Assembly (NCBI GenBank): GCA_964612595.1
Contig: CAZTFB010000001.1
Span: 3,058 to 67,057, forward strand
Length of the DNA stretch: 64,000 nucleotides
Direction of reading: 5' to 3'
Origin: an uncultured Gammaproteobacteria bacterium
GTDB lineage: Bacteria > Patescibacteriota > Microgenomatia > UBA1406 > HO2-37-13b
Position 1 is the stretch's first letter. Each line of letters begins with the position of its first letter. This document shows positions 30,102 to 39,561 of this stretch, piece by piece. A program made the position numbers and the translations under genes. The notes beneath the pieces are model-generated. The model searched no databases, was not told the origin of the DNA, and saw only the letters and a program-made list of their open reading frames with translations.

Positions 30102-30617
30102 CTATTGCTTGCCGAATGAAGCCTTATTTTCCATTGTTTTGTCAGGCATTTTGCGCTTCTCTTGACCCCTACTTGCTTTCGTAACTGGTTCGTCGCCACC
30201 AGCCATAGCTTGTGCTCGTTGAGCTGCCTCAATCCTCTTCATCTCCTCCTCCTCTGCTTCAGCTTGTTTTCGTTCGTCTTCTTTTCTCTTTAAATAGTCG
30301 CGAGCTTCTTGTTCCTCTTTTCGCATAAAGTTCATTTGCGCCTTCAGAGCATCAAGTTCGCTTCTTGTTGCATCAAGCTTTGGCTTGTCTTGCTCACTAA
30401 ACGCAATACCAAGCTGTGCGCGTATTTCCTCATTAAATGACGTGTAGTTATGTTGTTCAGGTTTTTTTTCCGTCTTCGGTTTTGGTCCAAATGCTTGTTC
30501 TAAAAGGTACTCAGGAAGTTTTGAGAAGTTTTCGCGTGCTTTTTCGACTGATCGTTCTCGCAACTGCTCTAATTTTTCAGTTGCTGTATCGGCAATCTTT
30601 TGTTGTATGTTTCCCAT
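30102..30617 (-). CDS. Hypothetical charged coiled-coil protein
   Basis: 171 aa, Glu/Lys/Arg/Ala-rich (KRKEDERKQAEAEEEEMKRIEAAQRAQ). Confidence 0.45.
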   Translation of the reverse strand: MGNIQQKIADTATEKLEQLRERSVEKARENFSKLPEYLLEQAFGPKPKTEKKPEQHNYTSFNEEIRAQLGIAFSEQDKPKLDATRSELDALKAQMNFMRKEEQEARDYLKRKEDERKQAEAEEEEMKRIEAAQRAQAMAGGDEPVTKASRGQEKRKMPDKTMENKASFGKQ

Positions 30618-30628
30618 AATGAGTAGTG

Positions 30629-30940
30629 TTAAATTCCCATCATTGCCTTACCACGTTCTGACATACGTTCAATGTCCCATGGTGGATCAAACACAAGATC
30701 GACATACACTTCGTCGACCCCATCAAGCTCTAAAACATTCCTCTGAATTTCTTTTTCAATGATGGGTAACAATGGGCAGCCAATTGTCGTAAGGGTCATT
30801 TTTACGGTAACCTTTCCCTTTTCGTGCGTTACACCATACACAAGTCCCAAATCAACTATTGAGATATAGAGCTCTGGATCAATTACGTTCTCGAGTTTTT
30901 TCATGATTTTGCTCTTTATATTGCTTGTTTTTACCGTCAT
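30629..30940 (-). CDS. DUF59/SufT-like Fe-S assembly-related protein
   Basis: VIDPELYISIVDLGLVY...TLTTIGCP motif. Start set at MTVKTS (ATG 30940) to avoid overlap with the divergent rnj. Confidence 0.75.
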   Translation of the reverse strand: MTVKTSNIKSKIMKKLENVIDPELYISIVDLGLVYGVTHEKGKVTVKMTLTTIGCPLLPIIEKEIQRNVLELDGVDEVYVDLVFDPPWDIERMSERGKAMMGI

Positions 30941-30973
30941 ATCTGCATTATACATGGTGTATACTAGGTTCGT

Positions 30974-32647
30974 ATGTATCGAGTACGCTTTGTTCCGCTT
31001 GGTGGCATCATTGGTGTGACCAAGAATATGTATGTCTATGAACTGTATAACGACGATAGACTTCAGGATATTATCATCATAGATTGCGGCATTGGTTTCC
31101 CACGCGAACAGGAGTTTGGGGTTGACCATGCTATTCCAGATATTTCATACCTTTTAGATAAGAAGGATAAAATACGCGCTATTTTATTGACGCATGGTCA
31201 CGAAGATCATATTACTGCACTGCGTTTTCACTATGAGACTCTTGGCAAACCTCCTGTATATGCAAGCAAGCTAACGTCAATGCTTGCGCAGCATAAATGT
31301 GATGAATTTAATGTGAAGCTGCGCATGAATTTGATTAACTTCGACAATACCTATCATTTGGGAGGATTTAAGGCAAAGTTTATTCGTATGACGCATTCTA
31401 TTCCTGATACCACGCATATTTTACTTAAAACACCTATCGGTTCATTCTATCATGGTAGTGATTTTAAGATGGATTTAACACCTCCTTTCGGATATGCGCC
31501 TGATTTTTATGAAATTGCAAAGGCAGGTAAAGATGGTGTGCTTGCTCTTATGTCAGATTCTTTAGGATCAGACAGAGAGGGATTTACCCTTTCAGAAAGC
31601 ATTGTCGGTAAAACATTCGAGGATGAAATCCGCTCAACAAAAGGTCGATTTATTATGACAACTTTTGCAAGCAATATTTCTCGTGTGCGACAGTGTGCTG
31701 AGGCAGCAGTGAAACTTAATCGAAGAGTATGTTTGCTTGGCCGTTCGATGAAAGAGATTACGAAGCTTGTAAAAGATATCGGCTACTTCCCTATTCCGCC
31801 TAAGTTCCTTATTGATGAACGACAGCTCTCAAAATATAAACCACACGAGATTTGCATTATTGCAACGGGATCTCAAGGGCAGTATGGTTCTGCACTTTCT
31901 CGACTTGCAACAAATCAAAACAAGTTTGTAAGGATCCAAAAGGGAGACAAAGTGCTCTTTTCATCTGATCCTATCCCAGGAAATGAAGAGGAAGTATATG
32001 ACATTATCGAACATTTATACTTGCTTGGCGCGGATGTCCGCTATTCTGATGTTGCCGAACAACTCCACGCATCAGGCCATGGAAGCCAAGGCGATATGTT
32101 GCTCCTGATGCGTTTAACATTACCTAAAACACTTATTCCTATTGGCGGCACAATTAGACACCAGCGACTATATCTTGATTTGACAAAGCAGATGGGCTAT
32201 CAGGATAAAGATGTCTTTTTATTGCGCGAAGGAGAGACGGTGTGGTTTGATCAAGGCGGAAGAACATCGCTTGGTGATGTTATTGTAACGAAGAATGTGT
32301 TTGTTGATGCATATGGCGTAGGGGATGTTGGGGATACAATTCTGCGCGATAGAATGGCGTTATCGACAGAAGGTATTGTTATTGGAATATTAAAAGTCGG
32401 GCGCGACAATATATTGGCTGAAAAACCGGAATTTACCTCGCGCGGATTTATCCATGGTGCCACGGGCACCGATACAAGTAGCAAGGATAAAATTTTCGAT
32501 GGCGCCGCGGAGCTTATTGGAAAGGTTTTCGATCAAACCCGCGGCACAACGCCACTTAAGAAAGAATTGGTGAATCAATTAGAGAAATATTTCTTCAGAG
32601 CTACGAATAAACGCCCTCTTGTCGTGCTCGAGACAATACAGGTATAA
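30974..32647 (+). CDS. rnj: Ribonuclease J (beta-CASP metallo-beta-lactamase)
   Basis: 557 aa with PLGG...GKNMYVYE, HGHEDH and the beta-CASP region. Confidence 0.9.
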   Translation: MYRVRFVPLGGIIGVTKNMYVYELYNDDRLQDIIIIDCGIGFPREQEFGVDHAIPDISYLLDKKDKIRAILLTHGHEDHITALRFHYETLGKPPVYASKLTSMLAQHKCDEFNVKLRMNLINFDNTYHLGGFKAKFIRMTHSIPDTTHILLKTPIGSFYHGSDFKMDLTPPFGYAPDFYEIAKAGKDGVLALMSDSLGSDREGFTLSESIVGKTFEDEIRSTKGRFIMTTFASNISRVRQCAEAAVKLNRRVCLLGRSMKEITKLVKDIGYFPIPPKFLIDERQLSKYKPHEICIIATGSQGQYGSALSRLATNQNKFVRIQKGDKVLFSSDPIPGNEEEVYDIIEHLYLLGADVRYSDVAEQLHASGHGSQGDMLLLMRLTLPKTLIPIGGTIRHQRLYLDLTKQMGYQDKDVFLLREGETVWFDQGGRTSLGDVIVTKNVFVDAYGVGDVGDTILRDRMALSTEGIVIGILKVGRDNILAEKPEFTSRGFIHGATGTDTSSKDKIFDGAAELIGKVFDQTRGTTPLKKELVNQLEKYFFRATNKRPLVVLETIQV

Positions 32648-32689
32648 AATCCAAAATCTATTGCCTCATAGTATATGACTTTCCAATGA

Positions 32690-33034
32690 TATAAGCCTAC
32701 GAATTTGTTTTGTACTTCAACCGAATCTCTGTGAGGTGGTCATATGACAATGCAACAAGCACTTTGCGGTGTGGCAAGACGGTGGAACCAGGTAACGATG
32801 TAGCCATTCTCATGAATCTTTTCGACGGCATTAAGAAGGATTTGATGGTGGCTCATTGTCACATTCTCCCGGTAAGGGGTGCGAAGACTCACCTGCAAGA
32901 GCCCAACATATCAAGGGTCAGAAACGCGATAGTCGGTTTTTGTATTATCCAGAACATGAGGGATGTTGACGTGCGACTTACGTGCAAGCACAAGTGCCTG
33001 CATTACGATCGATATACATCAGTAAGAATGGATG
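32690..33034 (+). ncRNA. Candidate structured RNA with RNase P RNA-like specificity-domain motifs (boundaries approximate)
   Basis: ~50% G+C block in a convergent intergenic gap. In order it contains GGTGGAACCAGGTAACG (32781-32797), CCGGTAAGGGGTG (32869-32881) and CACCTGCAAGAGCCCAACATA (32890-32910). These resemble the bacterial RNase P segments GGUGCCAGGUAACG / GGUAA..CCACC.GGAGCAAG.CCAAAUA. No canonical GAGGAAAGUCC was found. Confidence 0.35.
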
Positions 33035-33059
33035 CGGCACATGCGTGTCGGGGCTTTTT
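33035..33059 (+). terminator. Hairpin plus U-tract terminator
   Basis: cggcac-atgc-gtgtcg followed by GGGCTTTTTC. Confidence 0.5.
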
Positions 33060-33237
33060 CATTTAAGGCTTCATATTTTCTTGTATTTTTTTATACCCCT
33101 TTTCATGTACTAGTGCATGAAAGCAGTTTTCACTAGTTTTAGTTCAAAAAGTTGCACAATAACAATCGTGTACTAGTGCGTAATGATTGGTGGTCTGGAA
33201 GAACAGTACCAAGATCCAAGGTCCTATAGAATTACGC

Positions 33238-33864
33238 TTAAAAATCCTTTCTACCTTCAAGTGAGCGCTTGAGAGTCATATAATCTGCAAATTCAAGTTC
33301 AGCACCTATTGGAAGTCCATATGCAAGGCGCGTAATAGTAATACGTTCTGCACCACCATTCAGCTTATCCATAAGCTCCTTTTTTATATACATTGCCGTC
33401 GCTTCCCCTTCAGTATTCGGATTCGTAGCCAAAATAATTTCGTTAATCGTATCCTGCTCTTTTATCACGCGCTGAATAAGTTGAGGGATAAAAATATCAT
33501 CAGGCCCGACATAGTTTAGTGGGTCAATACGTCCGTGCAATACGTGATATACGCCATTAAAATGATTTCCCGTCTCAAAAGATAGCAAATCTAGTACATC
33601 CTCAACAATCGCAATAGTTCGCTGATCGCGCTGAGGGTTATCACATATGCTACACAGCTCATCGTCGGTAAGATTAAAGCAGTGCGTACAGTAATGTGTA
33701 TTCTTTTTTAACTGCGAAAGATGTTCTGCAGCCTTTTCTAAATCTGCCTCGGGCATACGGAGCAAGTAAAATCCTAATCGTTTTGCAGATTTTGGCCCAA
33801 TGCCAGGTAGCTTCTCAAAAAATTCAATGGTGCGCTTCAGATCTTGGGGTATAGACATATGCAA
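33238..33864 (-). CDS. recR: Recombination protein RecR
   Basis: LPGIGPKSAKRL HhH motif, C4 zinc finger (CTHCFNL...CSIC) and a Toprim region. Confidence 0.92.
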   Translation of the reverse strand: MHMSIPQDLKRTIEFFEKLPGIGPKSAKRLGFYLLRMPEADLEKAAEHLSQLKKNTHYCTHCFNLTDDELCSICDNPQRDQRTIAIVEDVLDLLSFETGNHFNGVYHVLHGRIDPLNYVGPDDIFIPQLIQRVIKEQDTINEIILATNPNTEGEATAMYIKKELMDKLNGGAERITITRLAYGLPIGAELEFADYMTLKRSLEGRKDF

Positions 33865-33867
33865 CCC

Positions 33868-34797
33868 CTATTGTATAAGATGTCGTAGCTCATCTGCAAC
33901 AAGCGGCGCTAAGGAGACCTCTTGAAGTTTCTGCATTTTTATTGAGGCATCGAGCTTTATAGAATCACTTGCGATAATAGTGTCGATGATTGAGGATTCG
34001 AGCTTTTCTGGAGCTCCTTTTACAAAGTCGTGATGTGTGGCAACAACGGTCAGCGACTCAATCGTATATTCTTTTTTTAGCGATTCTACGGCACTTATAA
34101 TCGTTCCACCCGTCACAATCATGTCATCAACAACAACGACATGTTTTCCTTTTATGTCGCCGTGAATGCCAAAAGATTGAACGGTCTCGCCGGTACGCTG
34201 TTTTTCAATAACAGCCATAGGAAAATCGTTATTGCCATAGAATTCCTCACCAAAAAAACGTCCTTGTTCGATACCGCCTTGATCTGGAATGAGGAGTGAT
34301 ACGTCAGTAAGATCGATACCCTTTTTTTTAAAGTGCTCTGCGGTATGTTTCGCCAGAACTTTCATAGCAGTCATATTTTTAAACGGTATCGAGAAGACGG
34401 CGCTTGTGGCTTCGTTATGGAGATCGATAGTATAGATTTTACTGAAGCCTACTGTTTCTAAAAAGCGAATAACCATATGGGCGGATACAGATTCGCCTTC
34501 GAAATGTTGCATATCTTGGCGCGCATAGCCGAAAAATGGAATGACGCCAATAACTTTGCGCGCTTCTTGGCGACGCAGTGCGTCACAGAAGAGGAAAAGT
34601 TCCATAAGGTGTGTGTCGGTTGGATTCGATGTACTTTGTACGACCACACAAACCTCATCACGGACGTCTTCTAAAATTTGAACCTTGGTTTCTGAATTGC
34701 TGAAGCGAGTAATTTTAGAAGCCGACAATGAAACTCCCAGCTGTTTAGCTATATCCTCTGCAAGGGTAACGTTGCTTGATCCACAAAATAGCTTCAT
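33868..34797 (-). CDS. prs: Ribose-phosphate pyrophosphokinase
   Basis: 309 aa with a PRPP synthetase pattern (GYARQD, VVVDDMIVTGGT). Confidence 0.9.
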   Translation of the reverse strand: MKLFCGSSNVTLAEDIAKQLGVSLSASKITRFSNSETKVQILEDVRDEVCVVVQSTSNPTDTHLMELFLFCDALRRQEARKVIGVIPFFGYARQDMQHFEGESVSAHMVIRFLETVGFSKIYTIDLHNEATSAVFSIPFKNMTAMKVLAKHTAEHFKKKGIDLTDVSLLIPDQGGIEQGRFFGEEFYGNNDFPMAVIEKQRTGETVQSFGIHGDIKGKHVVVVDDMIVTGGTIISAVESLKKEYTIESLTVVATHHDFVKGAPEKLESSIIDTIIASDSIKLDASIKMQKLQEVSLAPLVADELRHLIQ

Positions 34798-34800
34798 TTT

Positions 34801-35064
34801 TTATTCTGATGCTTGCGATATCTCAATGAGTTTCTTTGCCGCAAGCTCTTGGGTTTTTTTAATGGCTTCGTTGATAGCGTCGGCAATACGATTTTCAAGC
34901 ACACCATCTACGGTGACCTCTTTAACCTGCTGATCGCCTCTAAGGACAACGGTAATACCATTTCTTTCAACTGTTACTTCTTCTTGTTGCAACGCTTGTT
35001 GCATACTGCGAGCTTGTGCTTGTAACTTCTGAATGTCTCCTAAACCTTTGAGTGGATTAAACAT
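34801..35064 (-). CDS. ybaB: YbaB/EbfC nucleoid-associated protein
   Basis: 87 aa. Conserved dnaX-ybaB-recR neighbourhood. Confidence 0.85.
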   Translation of the reverse strand: MFNPLKGLGDIQKLQAQARSMQQALQQEEVTVERNGITVVLRGDQQVKEVTVDGVLENRIADAINEAIKKTQELAAKKLIEISQASE

Positions 35065-35073
35065 AATGATTTT

Positions 35074-36126
35074 TTAATTTTTAATGGGTGCTTCTTGCTG
35101 TGAGCAATACTCAACTACTGCAATTTCCAAAGGCAAAGATGCAATTGGACTAATTTTAAGCTGACCGTACGCCTTTTGCAAGAGCGATATGAGGAGGGCT
35201 ATCTGTTTAATTGAAAACGAAGCAAGTTCTTCAGAGCCTTTGTCTATATTGTGTTTCGCCAATAGTTCAGTGTGAAGCGTGCCAAGCAACTGCTCAATAA
35301 TAAATTTAAAGTCACTCCCCTGTTCCGCAGCTTTTGTTATCCATTGCAAAGCGCTTGTGTCGTCGCGTTTTATGCATGCGACAAGAAGCTCGTTTGTTTG
35401 AATGGTTATGCCTAGTGCCTTTTGAACAGCCAATGGACTCATATCGCCACCTAATGCCACGATTTCAAACATTTTTGCTGCGTCACGAAATGATCCTTCA
35501 GCAATATGTGCAATAAGATCAAGGCTTTCTTTTTCGAGCGAAAGCTTCTCTCCCTTTGCGATGCGTTCCAACATATGAATAATGTCTTTGCGCTGTGCCT
35601 TATTAAAATTAATCCTGATACAGCGCGATACAATGGTCTTAGGTAATGCATCTACTTCTGTTGTCGCAAGAATAAAAATAGTATGTGCAGGGGGCTCCTC
35701 CAAACTTTTTAGAAGTGCATTAAACGCTTCTTTAGTCAGCATGTGAACCTCATCAATTATATATACCTTGTATTTTGCTGCAAGTGGCGAAAACTTTAAC
35801 TGTGCAATAAGTTCGCGAATATCATCAATTTTTCTATTGGATGCTGCATCAATCTCGATAACATCTGCAGAGTTTCCTTCTGCAATAGCCTTAACGTTTG
35901 GATCAGTCGTATCGACTTGAAGTGACGTAATGCCATCTTTATTAATCTCAGCATTTACAATCTTTGCAACAATACGAGCCGTTGATGTCTTTCCTGTTCC
36001 GCGTGGCCCAGTAAACAAAAAAGCATGTGGAATAACGGGCGATTTTAAAATTGAAGTGAGTTGTTCCTTAACGTCCTCGGTATCTAATTCCGTGAGATGT
36101 TGAGGTCTGTATTTTCTATAAAACAT
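35074..36126 (-). CDS. dnaX: DNA polymerase III gamma/tau subunit (short, 350 aa)
   Basis: YRPQ...FTGPRGTGKTS Walker A, IIDEVHML, SRC motif. Confidence 0.9.
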   Translation of the reverse strand: MFYRKYRPQHLTELDTEDVKEQLTSILKSPVIPHAFLFTGPRGTGKTSTARIVAKIVNAEINKDGITSLQVDTTDPNVKAIAEGNSADVIEIDAASNRKIDDIRELIAQLKFSPLAAKYKVYIIDEVHMLTKEAFNALLKSLEEPPAHTIFILATTEVDALPKTIVSRCIRINFNKAQRKDIIHMLERIAKGEKLSLEKESLDLIAHIAEGSFRDAAKMFEIVALGGDMSPLAVQKALGITIQTNELLVACIKRDDTSALQWITKAAEQGSDFKFIIEQLLGTLHTELLAKHNIDKGSEELASFSIKQIALLISLLQKAYGQLKISPIASLPLEIAVVEYCSQQEAPIKN

Positions 36127-36483
36127 TTATGAGAGCAATAAATTATTTATGCCGTGTTCAATCATATCAATCATCATTGTATCAACAGATTTGTCTTTTT
36201 CAGCAGCTAAGAGTACAACTTGGGGATGACAAATATATATTTCTCCAAGAAGTTTTTCATTTTCTGGATTTTCTTCTGACGCATATGAAAATGTTAAAAC
36301 AGGCAATGCTACGCGCTCATTTTTATATTTAGTGGCTATCTCAGTCATCTTCCTTTTGCCCACAAAAATAATATTAACCTGTGCGTCCGCTGGGACGCCT
36401 TTTAGGTCTAAGTAGCTTTGCGCTGCTGTTGTATACTTTTTTCTTTGAACTTGATATCTATTTCCAACAACAATATGTATCAT
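36127..36483 (-). CDS. YbeY-like protein lacking the C-terminal His-triad
   Basis: VNIIFVGKRKMTEIATKYKNERVALPVLTFSY and LGEIYICHPQV match the YbeY N-terminal and central pattern. The protein ends ...EHGINNLLLS, where YbeY normally has HGxLHLxGYDH. Confidence 0.5.
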   Translation of the reverse strand: MIHIVVGNRYQVQRKKYTTAAQSYLDLKGVPADAQVNIIFVGKRKMTEIATKYKNERVALPVLTFSYASEENPENEKLLGEIYICHPQVVLLAAEKDKSVDTMMIDMIEHGINNLLLS

Positions 36484-36486
36484 AGG

Positions 36487-36684
36487 TTACTGAGAAAATC
36501 TCTTTCTCGCTTGTGCTTTACGACGCAACCGTTCTTTTTGCTTTTCCTTTTTGAGTACCGCAGGCTTCATGAAAAACTTTTTCTTATTAACATCCCAGTT
36601 AATATTTTCCTCCTTCGTCACTTTTGTGAAGCGTTTCAGCATTGAATCTGCGTTTTCTCCTCGTTTCTTAGTCACCACTACCAT
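36487..36684 (-). CDS. rpsU: Ribosomal protein S21
   Basis: 65 aa, basic; ...SMLKRFTK... plus an Arg/Lys-rich tail. Confidence 0.8.
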   Translation of the reverse strand: MVVVTKKRGENADSMLKRFTKVTKEENINWDVNKKKFFMKPAVLKKEKQKERLRRKAQARKRFSQ

Positions 36685-36741
36685 TACTGTGCACCTCCTT
36701 GGATCAATGAATTTTTAATGAAGAATGGTATAGGTATTATA

Positions 36742-37575
36742 TTACAGTCCTTTGATGAGCGCAATGACCGAAGGAAGCGATAGTGAAGATGGCTGTGAAT
36801 CTTTTGCCTTTGAAGAACCGTTTAATAGCATACGCCCGGATGAGTGATAAAACCATCGCGCATCTTTGTCAACGATTAGAATTTTTTCATATAGTGTCTT
36901 TAAACTCTTCTTTACACGCGGATGAGTTTTTATGCGCACATATTTATAGCTAGTTGAACGACGTACCACAAGATCAAAGCCTTCTTTTAACGCAAGTTTC
37001 ATAGTCTCATCGTTCTCTGATTCAAATGCAATGCTCTTTCCCCACGCAGATTTAAATTCAAAACCTGTCATAATAGTGCTTTCCGCGTTGATTTTATTTT
37101 TGAAATTAATGAATAGGCCATCCAACATTGTCTCAACATAATGTACAACTTGCATATCATCCTGGAGTTTTAGTTTTATGCCATTTATCAAACAAGCAAG
37201 TGAAAAATCGTATATATCATCATTTGCTGGTTCTAGAAACACCTCTTTAAAATGGTCATAGCGATTGACAACCGCCACTATCCGCTCTAAAGCAATTGCG
37301 TCAATCGCCTTCAAACTTTTCTTTTTTTGGATAAGTTTAAAAACTTTTTCTGATGCACAGGTCTCGTCGTTAGTCTGATGATGATCATATTTTCCAAACC
37401 CAGTATCGACATGCATAATGTCTGGGTGTATATCAGGATCTGCTTGATCGAGTGTTTCGCCGGCGGGTACAAAGACACAATGTGCATCTTTCCATCCAGT
37501 GAGGAACCTCCTAACGAGCCATACGGCAGTTATGGCGTCAATATCTGGAGATTGATGAGTAACAACGGTTTTCAT
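36742..37575 (-). CDS. DHH-family phosphoesterase
   Basis: HQSPDIDAITA (DHH motif I) and DHHQT (motif III). Confidence 0.65.
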   Translation of the reverse strand: MKTVVTHQSPDIDAITAVWLVRRFLTGWKDAHCVFVPAGETLDQADPDIHPDIMHVDTGFGKYDHHQTNDETCASEKVFKLIQKKKSLKAIDAIALERIVAVVNRYDHFKEVFLEPANDDIYDFSLACLINGIKLKLQDDMQVVHYVETMLDGLFINFKNKINAESTIMTGFEFKSAWGKSIAFESENDETMKLALKEGFDLVVRRSTSYKYVRIKTHPRVKKSLKTLYEKILIVDKDARWFYHSSGRMLLNGSSKAKDSQPSSLSLPSVIALIKGL

Positions 37576-37581
37576 AAAAGA

Positions 37582-39036
37582 TTAATAGGATTGTGCAAAA
37601 AGCCATTTTCTTCGGGCTTTGTTTCCAGAGTAAATACAGGTTCCCTCATCATTGCCAAGTAAATGGTCTATTTCAACAACGCGCGTCGTAGCCTTCGTCT
37701 TTTCTTTTATTTTTGCTTCAACAACTGCCGATTCGTCCCAATAGGCTCGAATAAACTTTTTGTCTGTACTCATGACTTTCTCGAATTCATCAAAATCTTT
37801 AACTTCTACTGTCATTTCTTCCTTCATGCGTCGTGAGTTGGCAAGCAAATCTAACTGCATTTCGTCTAAATGATCACGAATAAATTCGCCAAGACCGTTA
37901 ATGCGTACCTTTTCTTTTTCTGTCGTTTTATCTCTTCGTGAGAATGTCACATATTTTTCCTCATACTCTGACATGCCGATTATAAGTCTTGCTGGAATCC
38001 CACGTACTTCTGCTTCGTTAATACGATAGCCAAGACCCTTATCGTTGTTGCTATCGACAATGTAGCGGATGTGTGACTTCTTAAGTATGTCTTCTATTGT
38101 GCGTGTGTAGGCACGAATTTTGCTGTCCATTTCTTGGTCCTTTGCATTTACCGTTATGATAATAACCTGATATGGTGCCACACGTGGAGGTAAAATAAGG
38201 CCATTATCATCGCCGTGCACCATAATTAATCCACCAAGTGAGCGTGTTGATAGCCCCCACGAGGTTTGGTGGGCAAATTGACGTTTATTATGTTCGTCAG
38301 AATACTGAATATTGAAAGCTTTGGAGAAATTCTGACCTAAATAGTGTGAGGTAGCTCCTTGAAGTGCCTTTCCATCAGGCATTACAAGTTCAACCGAAAA
38401 TGTTCTTTTTGCACCTGCAAATCGTTCAGTTCCACTTTTTTCACCAATATACGATGAGATGGCAAAATATTCTTCATAAAATTTTTGATACCATTCGAGC
38501 GCTTTCAAGGTCATAGCCATTGCATCTTTTTCGGAAGCATGTACGGTATGTCCCTCTTGCCATAAAAACTCCGAGGTTCGAAGGAAAGGAAACGTGCGAA
38601 GTTCCCATCGAACAATGTTTGCCCACTGATTAATTTTGAGAGGAAGTTCCTTGTAGGAAGATATCCACTTTGAGAACATTTCATACATAACAGTTTCTGA
38701 AGTTGGGCGTACAACGAGCGGTTCTTCTAACTCTTTACCTCCTCCAATAGTAACAACGGCAAGTTCAGGACTAAAGCCTTCGACGTGACTTTTTTCTTTT
38801 TCGAGGAGCGAAGATGGGATAAGCATTGGAAAGTAGGCGTTTTGGACTCCATCTGCTTTAAACCAGGTGTCGAGTGCTTTCTGAGCAAATTCCCAAATAG
38901 CATACGCATATGGTCGGATGACTATAGACCCTTTTGCCGGTCCGTAGTCAGCGAGTTGTGCCATCTCAATGAGTGAAAGATACCATTTAGAGAGATCCTC
39001 GCTTTTTTTTGGGAGACGTTCCTTTTCTTGTTTCAT
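37582..39036 (-). CDS. proS: Prolyl-tRNA synthetase, archaeal/eukaryote-like type
   Basis: 484 aa. Class II core without the bacterial INS domain. C-terminal Zn-type extension ending ...WLFAQSY. Confidence 0.88.
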   Translation of the reverse strand: MKQEKERLPKKSEDLSKWYLSLIEMAQLADYGPAKGSIVIRPYAYAIWEFAQKALDTWFKADGVQNAYFPMLIPSSLLEKEKSHVEGFSPELAVVTIGGGKELEEPLVVRPTSETVMYEMFSKWISSYKELPLKINQWANIVRWELRTFPFLRTSEFLWQEGHTVHASEKDAMAMTLKALEWYQKFYEEYFAISSYIGEKSGTERFAGAKRTFSVELVMPDGKALQGATSHYLGQNFSKAFNIQYSDEHNKRQFAHQTSWGLSTRSLGGLIMVHGDDNGLILPPRVAPYQVIIITVNAKDQEMDSKIRAYTRTIEDILKKSHIRYIVDSNNDKGLGYRINEAEVRGIPARLIIGMSEYEEKYVTFSRRDKTTEKEKVRINGLGEFIRDHLDEMQLDLLANSRRMKEEMTVEVKDFDEFEKVMSTDKKFIRAYWDESAVVEAKIKEKTKATTRVVEIDHLLGNDEGTCIYSGNKARRKWLFAQSY

Positions 39037-39557
39037 GATTGCATCTTTGCAATAATCTGATCGCCTATTTCTTCAATGGTCAGATTAGTGGTGTCGACGA
39101 CGATATTATAATGCTTCGGGTCTAAAATATCATCTACACCGTACATTAATGCCAATTTTGATAATAGAGCTTGTTCACGGCTAAATATGCGTTCGCGAGC
39201 TTCTTCGGAGGTAACCTCTTCGCGATCCATGAACCGCTGAATACGCACATCATCATCGCAAGTTAAGAGAACTTTGTATACATGCTTTAATGGTGCTGAA
39301 AGTACGCCATTTATCCACGTATCAATAACTAAATGTTCTTCTTCCTTTAATCGCTTTTGGATCATCGCATCGACTTCTCTGCCAATTTTATCCTGCTCTT
39401 CGACTCGTTCAAGTTGCAGATTATTTTCTTTTATGTATGTTCTAAATATTTCGCCAGTTGAAAAGCCTTCCCAACCAAGCGTATTTTGGAGATATTCACG
39501 AACCGTCGACTTTCCCGTACAAATCTTACCTGCAATGGTTATATGTAAGTAGTTCAT
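39033..39557 (-). CDS. P-loop nucleotide kinase (cytidylate-kinase-like)
   Basis: ITIAGKICTGKST Walker A. Paralogous to the next gene. Confidence 0.55.
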   Translation of the reverse strand: MNYLHITIAGKICTGKSTVREYLQNTLGWEGFSTGEIFRTYIKENNLQLERVEEQDKIGREVDAMIQKRLKEEEHLVIDTWINGVLSAPLKHVYKVLLTCDDDVRIQRFMDREEVTSEEARERIFSREQALLSKLALMYGVDDILDPKHYNIVVDTTNLTIEEIGDQIIAKMQS

Positions 39558-39561
39558 AGTA

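Noticed and set aside
32710-33066. 118-aa ORF considered as a HIT-like protein because of ...VAHCHILPVRG.
   Set aside because: It has no RBS, the rest of the sequence does not follow a HIT fold pattern, both strands show ORF-like fragments, and the composition fits a structured RNA better.
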